Of a stretch of 64,000 nt of DNA, positions 11,601 to 21,147 are shown piece by piece. The notes beneath the pieces were generated by a model. It saw only the letters and a program-made list of their open reading frames with translations, had not been told where the DNA came from and made no database searches. Numbering within the stretch: the first letter of the stretch is position 1; every line of letters starts with the position of its first letter. This DNA is from Camelus dromedarius (taxonomy: Eukaryota), in contig NC_087436.1 in the NCBI RefSeq assembly GCF_036321535.1, forward strand, positions 60,886,001 to 60,950,000, written 5' to 3'. The translations under genes were made by a program, and so were the position numbers.

Positions 11601-13048
11601 AGTATCCTAGGCTGCATCTTTTTTTCATTCAGGACTTTGAATGTATCTTGCCACTCCCTTCTGGCCTGTGTTGTTTGTGTAGAGAAATCAGCTGAGGGCC
11701 TTATGGGGATTCCCTTGTACATACCAGAGAACTTAACAGAAGTTGACTTAGAGATGAGTGCTTCCAAACCAGTGCCAGACTATGAAGAACAAGACATGGA
11801 AGAAGTATGCCAGAAAACCAGTTGACATCAGACTGACATAAGTCTGGCAGAAGGGTTCTGATTATTGAAGACTACTTTTGATTTCTTTTAAGACATGGGC
11901 TCTTGTTTGATAAAGACACTGAAACTAAAGCCAGTGGTGGAAGAAGGAATGGTACCATATAGAAGCATTTTTAGATAAGTGAAAAAGCAAAAAAGTCAGA
12001 CAAATTTGAAGATATATTTCTCTCAAGCTATACTGAGTTCCTGCCTCTCCTTCCACTTCCTCCACCTCTTCCACTTCTGTCACCCCTGACTCAGCAAGAC
12101 CAACCTCTTCCCCCTACCCCTCAGCCTACTCAATTGAAGACAACAAGGATGAAGACCTTTATGATGATCTACTCACACTTAATGAATAGTAAATGATCTT
12201 GGCACACAGTCAATAAACTTATTTGTTGTGTTTGTCTTCTTGTGAAAATCTAGTAATTGTACGGCAACAGGTGGGAGACATCATTGAATATTCATTCTCA
12301 TTACCTAAGTATTCATTGTGTAGAACATTATGTGCAAGACTTTTATTCTATATAGGATTAAGGTAAGTGATATTTAATATGAATATTCTGTTTTATAATT
12401 TGTAATTTGAGAAATGGCATATCAGCTATCATCACTTATATGAGGTTTTTAAAATGTTTTATCTTTGTTTCCAATACTGTATTATGAATATGACTGTGCT
12501 ACTGAATGCCATAAACATTTTATGATTCATTTATTTGCATATAGGCTAGACTACTATGCAGCAGTTGTATCAATTACAGTAGACTACCATAAAACAATCC
12601 TATTGCTGCTGCTTTGTGATCAATGCATTAATTTATATTTGGAGATAAATATGAATTCCTTCTTCACATTATCTTTTCATTTTTGATGCCTAGTGTTAGT
12701 AATACATGTCACATGTCCAGAATTTTGTATCACAAAATACATTAACAAAGGTACTGACAGATGCTGTTGATCTTGTACATAGAGAATGTAAAGGTGAAGT
12801 ATTGATAAATACAATACTGGAAATGTATTTCTATTCCTTATGATTTTCTTAATAACATTTTCATTTTTTAGTATATAATACATGTAACATACATAATTTG
12901 TGTTAATTGACTGTTTATGTTATCCATAAGGCTTCTGGTTAATAAGAGGCTATTGGTAGTCTAGTTTTTGTGGAGTCAAAAGTTACAGGTGGATTTTTGA
13001 CTTCAGTGGTGGTTGGTGTTCCTAACCCTGTTGTTCAAGGGTCAGCTG
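8689..13048 (+). mobile_element. Tigger2-family (TcMar-Tigger) DNA transposon, both ends present, degenerate transposase
   Basis: 22-bp TIRs CAGTGGACCCTTGAACAACAGG / reverse complement CAGCTGACCCTTGAACAACAGG (2 mismatches); TA at right flank (13049-50), CA at left; broken pogo-type transposase pieces (e.g. NSCWRKLCADVVHD, MSASKPVPDYEEQD). Confidence 0.88.
10606..11719 (-). mobile_element. 5'-truncated, ORF2-deleted LINE-1 nested in the Tigger element
   Basis: 12-bp TSD CATACCAGAGAA (10594-10605, 11720-11731); poly(T) at left end; L1 3'UTR; ORF2 C-terminus (WKTVWRFLK...CTPMFIAALFTIAKTWKQ) next to ORF1 C-terminus (QPRILYPARLSF...LTGLL*). Confidence 0.9.
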
Positions 13049-13614
13049 TAGTTTATTCTTTTGGAGTTAATTGAGTTCATATGAACTTCAGTTCACTGAC
13101 CAAAGATGATAGGCTTCTGCTTTCACTGTACTTAATAAATGCATAGATGGCTTTTGGATTTCTCCCTTTTTTGATTCAGACTAGGAAACTGCTGAAAGAG
13201 GAGTTGAGAGGACAGCAGTTTACTATTCATGCATAGAATGTAAAATATAATTTTAATTAACACTAATAATGAAGGTTACTTATATTTTTCCATCGGAAAA
13301 ATGAAAAGTGTTCGAGGGAAGGCACGCCAGTAGTAGACCTAGTTGGTAGATGAATTGTGTTGAACAATTAATAGAATTTTTTTGTAGAGGTTATAGAAAT
13401 TTTCTCCATGACAGCAGTAAAGAGAATTTAGAATTAAAATATATTTTAAAGGCTTATTTTCAGTAATGAAGCTGATTGAGTTTAAAGATTATATCTGAAA
13501 ATGTATTTAAGTTACAAAGAATTACAGTGATGATTTGGTTTTAGACCAGTAAAAGTTGTATTTAAAGTGGTGCTTTTGTGTTTTTTTGTTTTGCTTTGAA
13601 TGCAGAACACAGTT

Positions 13615-14509
13615 ATGGCCACCCAGGTAATGGGACAATCTTCCGGAGGAGGAGGGCTGTTCCCCAGCAGTGGTAGCATCGGCATGGCCTTGCCTAACGA
13701 CATGTACGACTTGCCTGATCTCTCCAGAGCAGAACTGGCTGCGCCTCAGCTCATCATGTTGGCAAATGTGGCCCTAACTGGGGAAGTAAATGGCAGTTGC
13801 TGTGATTACCTGGTTGGCGAAGAAAGACAGATGGCAGAATTGATGCCTGTTGGGGATAATAATTTTTCAGATAGTGATGGAGAAGGACTTGAGGAGTCTC
13901 CTGAAGCAAAAGGCGAGCACAATGGACTGGAAAACATGGAACTGGAAAGTTTGGAACTCGGTGTTGTGGAGCCACAGCCTGTGTTTGAGGTGTCAGCTGC
14001 CCCAGAAACATACAGCTCAAATAAAGATCTTCCTCCGGAAGCACCTGTAGCAGAGGACAAATGCAAGAACTTGAAGACCAAACCTTTTCGCTGTAAACCA
14101 TGCCAATATGAAGCAGAATCTGAAGAACAGTTTGTGCATCACATCCGAGTTCATAGTGCCAAGAAATTTTTTGTGGAAGAAAGTGCAGAGAAACAAGCAA
14201 AAGGCAGGGAATCCAGCTCTTCCACTGCAGAAGAGGGAGATTTCTCCAAGGGCCCCATCCGCTGTGACCGCTGCGGCTACAATACCAATCGATATGATCA
14301 CTATACCGCTCACCTGAAACACCACACCAGAGCCGGGGATAATGAGCGAGTCTACAAGTGCATCATTTGCACGTACACCACAGTAAGCGAATATCACTGG
14401 AGGAAACACTTGAGAAACCATTTTCCAAGGAAAGTGTACACATGTGGAAAATGCAACTATTTTTCAGACAGAAAAAACAATTATGTTCAGCATGTTCGAA
14501 CTCATACAG
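13615..14509 (+). CDS. REST: REST/NRSF coding exon 2 (N-terminal Sin3-binding repressor domain, ZF1-4)
   Basis: MATQVMGQSSGGGGLF...APQLIMLANVALTGE and four C2H2 fingers; acceptor TGCAG at 13605, donor G|GTAAGA at 14510. Confidence 0.99.
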
Positions 14510-16789
14510 GTAAGAGGACCTTTCTCCTTTATAAGTGTACTCTATTCAAAAAATGGAACAATCTTAAAAATGTGAGAAATTTCAAACACTTCAGAAGTAA
14601 ACAGAATGCCCCACTGCACCCATGGGTACCCATCACCTATACTTAAGTTATCAGTATTTTGTCACATTTGAGAATTCATTTTTTAAACATAATAACTTTA
14701 TTAAGATGTACTCCACTACGACAGAATTCATCCATTTAAAGTTGGAATGCATTGGTTTTAGTATTTTCACAGAATTATGCAGCCAACACCCCAATCAGTT
14801 TTAGGACATCCTCACCCCAAGAAGGAACCCCATCAGTGGTCATTCCCTTTTCTTCCCATCAGCCCTTAATTATTTCCTTTTAAATTGACTTTCAGATCTT
14901 TACAATTCAGGAATCTCCTTATTTAAAAGAAACATTGGTAGCTATTTATAGGTAATTTTCTTATTTACAGTACATTTTCCTGTTACGAATTGATACCTTT
15001 GATTACTGGTCTGAACAAAATGGGTAGGGTAATGTAGTAGTGTATTTTTTGCATCACAGGTGAAAAGGGGCTGTGGGATGCTGTTTACATCAGGTTCCCT
15101 TTTGCAGGAGTTAATCATTCTGTGGGACTGAACCCCAGGCTAAGTGGGTCATAGTGAGGAGGGGAATTGATGTTGCTTTATTTAAATGGTAGACATAAAC
15201 AATAAAACTTGCAGATGAAATTCCATTACAAGAAAGATATTTTCAACAGGATTCTAAGCCCCAGCAGATGGCTTCTGTGTAATATAAAGCTTTAAACTCT
15301 AGTCATTTGCAGTCTGTTTGGAATTTGTTGTAACCTGTGATTGAATTGTCTCTAGACTTTGAAACCATTTTATTTCAAAAGTAAAAAAGTTTAAACACTT
15401 CCAAATTACGTGGCATAAAAAATGAAAGTTACTTGGGAATCCTATACCATTAATCATTTAACAGATTAATTAAAGCAAACTGTTAGATTAAATTAACCTA
15501 ACCTATAATTAAACCAAATGTCGGATACCGTATATACTTTAGTCATAAGTACTTCATATTCCCTTAACAGGTTTTTGAAAACCTTGGGGCCTAATTTAGA
15601 ATTGGCTGTAATCTGTAGAGCTCTCAGATAGTAACTGTGACATATGGTAAGATGTGTGACTTTTATGTGTACACTTTGATGAATTTTTTTGATTGAAGTA
15701 TAGTTGAAGAATTATTATAAATATATGTGTTTGTAATCACCATGCAAATCAACATAAAGAATATTACCAGCCATCCATTTCCTTTGTCTTATTAAATTTT
15801 AATTTTTTTGGTGTTCTATTTTGATAATTCAAAATTGTTGAGTCACTGAACAATGTAAAATTTTCCCAAAAAACTAAAAATGCTTTCAGCACTAAACCTA
15901 AATTTGTTGACTTAAGAACATTTCTAGAATGAAAATAAAAAGAAAAGAAAACTGGGCAAGTTTCTGTTTTGATGTCTAGTTCCAACTTTTTATGGAAAAG
16001 GTTTTTTTTAAACAGGAACTCTACTTTTTGCTATTTCTTAAATTTTTTTTGTTACAGTGGTTAATTTTCATCTAAGTACAGTCTAGGTGACTAATTTTAA
16101 TGGCTTATTTTATATACTGTATCATCCATTAGTTAACTTTTTCTCCACATTATTTTAAGATTGATAATTCCACAATAAGTTTATGACTTACGTATCTAAT
16201 ATTGATTGTATGTATGTCATTTCACTTTTTAGTCTTAGACTTATTTGGTCTTAATACTTTATAAAAAGGTTTTTCCCCTAGTATTATTACCTATTTGTGA
16301 TTTTTTTTAACACTTTAAAAAATTTGGTGGTGTATAGGACAGTACTTTGATTAAATGATAGTTCTGAAAATTGTATTTACAGAAAAATTCACCGAGTGCT
16401 GAAGAGCAGAGAAAAGAAATGATCATCAGTAGCAATCACATGTTTCTCATTTCTCACTTAGGTGGTAGCCTACTGTAAGATTTGCTTAGTGGATTTCTTA
16501 TGTTCTTTTATCGAGTGCTGTTAAGTGCTTTCTTCTATGCTAATCTTCAGAATAATTTATAATTTATTGAGGAAAACAGGGTAAGTGTACACTGAGAGGA
16601 AAACTTTAGGCTTGAAAGCCTGCAACAGTGTGCCCAAGATCGCATACAACTAAGATTGAAAGTTCCAAATCACTTTTTTTAGGTCATTATCATGGTGGGA
16701 GAGTGAGGATTTTCATCTGAGTCTTCAATCAAAAGATTTTTCATTTTGTTGTTTTAATATTATACCAGTTCACAAATCAAACTTATTTT

Positions 16790-17076
16790 TTTTCCTTGCA
16801 TTCTTTTTTTTAAATTGGAGTACAGTTAGTTTGCAATGTTGTGTTAATTTCTGGTGTACAGTATAGTGTTTCAGTCATGCATATACATACATATATTTGT
16901 TTTCATGTTCTTTTTCATTATAGGTTACTACAAGATATTGAATATAGTTCCCTGCGCTATACAGTATACACTCGTTTATTTATTTCATATATAGTAGTAT
17001 CTGCAAATCCTGAACTCCCAGTTTATCCATTCCCACCCCCTTCCCCTGTGGTAACCATAAGTTAGTTATCTGTGTC
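16790..17076 (-). mobile_element. L1 3'-end fragment
   Basis: T-rich tail then TTGGAGTACAGTT...ACAAGATATTGAATATAGTTCCCTG...GGTAACCATAAG, homologous to the L1 3'UTR at 10680-10920. Confidence 0.8.
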
Positions 17077-17092
17077 TCACAAATCCTACTTT

Positions 17093-17231
17093 TTTTTTCC
17101 CCTCCTTAACTGATTGGTTGGTTGATTGATTGATTGATTTTATTGGAGTACAGTCAATTACAACGTCAGTCTCTGATGTATAGCACAATGTCCCAGTCAT
17201 GCATATACATACATATATCGGTTTTCATATT
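17093..17231 (-). mobile_element. Second, shorter L1 3'-end fragment
   Basis: (TTGA)n tail plus TTGGAGTACAGTCAATTACAA...CATGCATATACATACATAT, paralogous to the preceding fragment. Confidence 0.75.
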
Positions 17232-17316
17232 TTACAAAACCTACTTTAAAAGATGACATTTTTGCCAAAAATCACTGGCATATGATATATGAATACTAAT
17301 CATTATATTTTTGCAG

Positions 17317-17400
17317 GAGAACGCCCATATAAATGTGAACTTTGTCCTTACTCTAGTTCCCAGAAGACTCATCTAACCAGACATATGCGTACTCATTCAG
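17317..17400 (+). CDS. REST: REST coding exon 3 (ZF5), 84 nt
   Basis: [27 protein letters not shown]; acceptor TTTTTGCAG, donor CAG|GTTGGT; phase 1-1 joins exons 2 and 4 in frame. Confidence 0.98.
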
Positions 17401-18515
17401 GTTGGTAAGAAATGGAACTTTCCTATCATTTTTCAGTAAGCTACCATCATAAGAAAGTTCTAGATTTGGAGCTGGGAGCTTATTAATGGTTTATTTGTAA
17501 TATAATTTTGAAATTGGAGTTAAAAATTAATGTTCTACTACTGTAGTGCTGTATTTAAATGGAGATTCTTAAGCATGGATTCCATTGGTGGAACCTCTAA
17601 AACTGAATATAAATGTGTATGTGCATTTTTTCTGGGAGGAGAGTTTTTAATTGTCATCAGATCTTCAGCAATTTCCATGACTAAGAGAAACTGACCACGG
17701 TTCATCTTTTCTGAGTAACTCCTACCGTCTTACACTCCCCTACCCGACTGTTCCACCCCCACCACACAGTACAAAACCAAGTTTTAGTTGCTGGGTTTCA
17801 GGGGTTCCTTCTTAGCTGCTCAGGTCCTGAAATTTAGGTTTGTTCCCTTGAGAATTGATAGGGCTTCTGAGGACTGATTCACGAAAGCCAGACTTTAAAG
17901 AATGATAGATAATCCAGGATCCCAGTTTATTAACTTAAAATAGGTAAAATGCAGGACTGTAACAAGTGGGAAATTCATCTACTCCAGTGACTGAAATAAT
18001 CATGATCATCACCAACCAGAATTGAGCCCCATTGTCAAGGTATGTAGGCGGCAAGGTTAAAAAGTCAGTATTAGCATAGGTGATCTTGAATGAATAATTA
18101 TTTCATTTTGACCCTTGGGTAGTCCTAGAGATCCTGACATGATCCACAATTCCCAGCAGATATGCTACCGTTTCATTCTGGCTGAAGTATTTTGTAGTGG
18201 GAGAAATATATCCAGTTTGTGTTTGCCATTATGATATCTTTGTAGGTATCACACTGGATAGTTCTCCCACCCTGCTAGCATAGGAGTTCATTTTGAATAT
18301 TTTCCCATTATGAGCACAATGGATGTTTGCTAAGGGAAATTAACAACTTGCCAAGTTCCACCGTTGACTACTATTTTTAAGATAGAAAAATATTTTTCAG
18401 CAAAAAAAAATTTTCTTTCACCAAATATTTGATGGTTATTATGGAGGCAGTATTATAATAGTTGGGTCATTTGAAACATGTTATGGTTTGAGAGTCTTTG
18501 TGAATATTAGAATAA

Positions 18516-18645
18516 ATTTTTTTTTTAATTTTGTGGGGAGGTAATGTTTACTTATTTATTTTTAGAGAAGGTACATGGGGACTGAACACAGGACCTCATG
18601 CACACTAAGCATGCGCTCTACCATTTGAGCTGTACTTCCCCCCCC
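18516..18645 (-). mobile_element. tRNA(Ala)-derived SINE (Vic-1-like)
   Basis: Minus strand AGCTCAAATGGTAGAGCGCATGCTTAGTGTGCATGAGGTCCTGTGTTCAGTCCCC (A/B boxes), A-rich tail, AGAATAA TSD at 18509 and 18646. Confidence 0.85.
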
Positions 18646-20225
18646 AGAATAATTTTTTAAACAGCATTTTATTAAGTTTAATTTGCACACATGAAAATGC
18701 ACACATCTTAAGTATACAGGTCAGTGACTTTATGTATGTTTTCTCCTTTATATATGTTTGACTACCACCTAGGTGAAGATATGAAACATTTCTACCACCC
18801 TCAGAAATGTTCCCTTCTTACCCTTTTTAGTCAGTACTCTCATAGTCTCCCCACCAGCTGATACTCTGACTTCTGTCAAAAAGCATTAAAACATGCTTCT
18901 ATAAAATGTTTTTGAGATTTATCTCTTGCTATGTTATCAGAACTTGGTGTTTATTGCTGAGTAGTATGGCCCCCATTACTTTTTAATTTATAAGTTCCCA
19001 TGTTTTTCTTTCTGGGCTGTTCTTGATGAGAATGTATAAAGCTTGTAAAACTCCCTTTTTGAATTTGCCTTACATCTATAAATTAATTTGGGAAGAATTA
19101 AATAGACATCTGACCACATTTATAAAGATGAAAAACTAGTAAATATTGCTGGATCTGGTTCAGGGCAAAAGAAATTATATTCAGCTAGGTATTAATAAAC
19201 TACACTTGATGACTAGATCTTCTAATGCAAGAAAGATTTAATGGTAATAAAACAAAAATGGAGGCAGGATGAATGAAGCAAGTAAATGATGCCATCAAAG
19301 TTTAAAGAGTCCTGTAAATTTCCATTTCCTGACCATTTCACAGGTGGAGGCTTGCACCTTGCTTGATGCTGGCTCTGTAAATACCCTTATTCATTAGGGC
19401 TTTTAAAATAGCAACATTTTCATTATAATTCTTTTATGAGCGCAAATATTTTCCTAAAGAGATAAATTCCATTCACCAGTTATTTATTTACTCAGAGGTA
19501 GGGTTTATATGGTAAGGCAAGATGAACACATGAAATCGTCCCTCTTGTTTACCCATATTGAAAATTACCAGTTGATTCCAAAAGTGATGACTTACAGGTA
19601 ATGCATAGTGACTGGTTGGCTATCCACTCTATGCTAAGTGCTGTATGTGGATTAGATTATAGCCCATAACACCTAAGAGTATTTTACAGATGAGGAAATC
19701 GAGCCTTATAAAAGGAGTTTTCAGTAGATTGCTGAAGATCTCATAGTAAGTTGCAGAGCCTATATTTGCCCCCCACCGCCCTAAATATTCTTACTGTAGA
19801 ACAAGTTCTTAACATCTGTGCCACATATCTTTTCCCCATTCTGTGTCTATATGCTAAGCAAAAATGTTTGTCTCCACTGAAATCATTCAATGGAGAGGAC
19901 AAGGTAGAGCCAAGTATAGAGTAATGTAGCATGTTGTTAGAAACCTCTGTTTATGAATCAGTGGACAAATGTGGAAAAGGGTTGTCCAGTTAGCTTCATA
20001 CTCAGTCTGACATACCTAGGTAAGTTTCTGTTTTTGTGATAGAGTATTTTATCATCAAACATTTTCTAATCATGTAAAGCTTACCATCTACATGGTTTTA
20101 CTTAATGTCTGAGTATTATTGCTTTATGAAAAAAATAAGATTTGATATGAATTTGAGAATGTTTGAGAGATGAATTTTCATAAATGTCAATTTCCATTTT
20201 TCTGCTATGCATTCCGTTGGACCAG

Positions 20226-20287
20226 TGGGGTATGGATACCATTTGGTAATATTTACTAGAGTGTGATCTAGATGGGTATGTATTCAG
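20226..20287 (+). other. REST: REST neural-specific alternative exon N (REST4/sNRSF), 16/28/50/62-nt forms
   Basis: Acceptors ending 20225 and 20259, donors at 20276 and 20288; 50-nt form reads VGYGYHLVIFTRV*, 16-nt form reads ECDLDG*; TGC motifs at 20203 and 20208. Confidence 0.9.
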
Positions 20288-21147
20288 GTAGAATGAGTTA
20301 ATCTTATACCTTTAATTCGGGGTTGGGGGCTTCTGGTCTTGTATGTACCTGTGATTATGACTTTCTTTGCTTATTTTACATACCATATCTATTTGTATGC
20401 CCCTTTTCATTTACTTAGTTTCTTTGCCCATTCTTTAGAAGAAGGTGGGGAAAAAAATCAAGAACGGATTTCTGATTTCTCTGTATTTTTGCTGTAAAGT
20501 AGTGACTGTCATTGGAAAAGTTTGCTGAGTGAAACTTGACTCAGCTCTTGCCACAATGGACAGATGAATGAGTTAAATTTAGAGAAAAAGCCATTTGCTT
20601 CCTGAGGCCAAAGGATTGTTTTAAAACTGACATGGAAGCTAAAGGTATTTAGCCTAGAATGTAAGATATTTCTTTTGAAGTGTCAAGGTTTATCTTAAAT
20701 TATGGGAATTTTATATTCTATTCCATTATACATTTGTTTTAGCTAAACATAAAAAATTAAAAATTGTCTCTCTCTTCGAGTATCCTTGCCCCAAAATTTA
20801 ACATCAGAAGCCCAAGTAACTTTGCCAATAATTGTTGTGTACTTCTTGATGAATCTGTGTTCTTTACTAGTACTTGAGAACCCTAGCTTGATGACCTTTT
20901 TAGAAGCTGAGGATTAACTGAGATAATTATTCCTCCATTTGGTGTGAGAATCAATGTCAAGGGATAGAGAAAAGATATACAAATAAATATGGTGAATGTA
21001 AATTGCATGATAAAGTCTTCAAGAAGTAGTTTTTGTGGTTTTTTGTTTGTTTTTTACATGTATCCAATTCCTTGTAAGTATAATTGAATAAATCTTGAAT
21101 TCATTTCTTCATGTATGTCTTCTGTAACATCTCTTGTTTACCTTCAG

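Noticed and set aside
9350..12190. Domesticated Tigger transposase (TIGD-like gene)
   Set aside because: Many stops and frameshifts plus an L1 insertion; no long open frame.
13600..13614. Upstream in-frame ATG (MQNTV) extending REST
   Set aside because: ATGCAG is the end of the intron (acceptor AG at 13604-13605), so the ATG is spliced out.
13754..14421. Antisense ORFs over REST exon 2 (also over exon 4 and NOA1 exon 1)
   Set aside because: Shadow frames of real coding exons with no independent support.
21111..21147. ATG start of the 657-aa ORF as a separate gene
   Set aside because: Intronic polypyrimidine tract; the ORF is REST's last exon entered by splicing at 21148.
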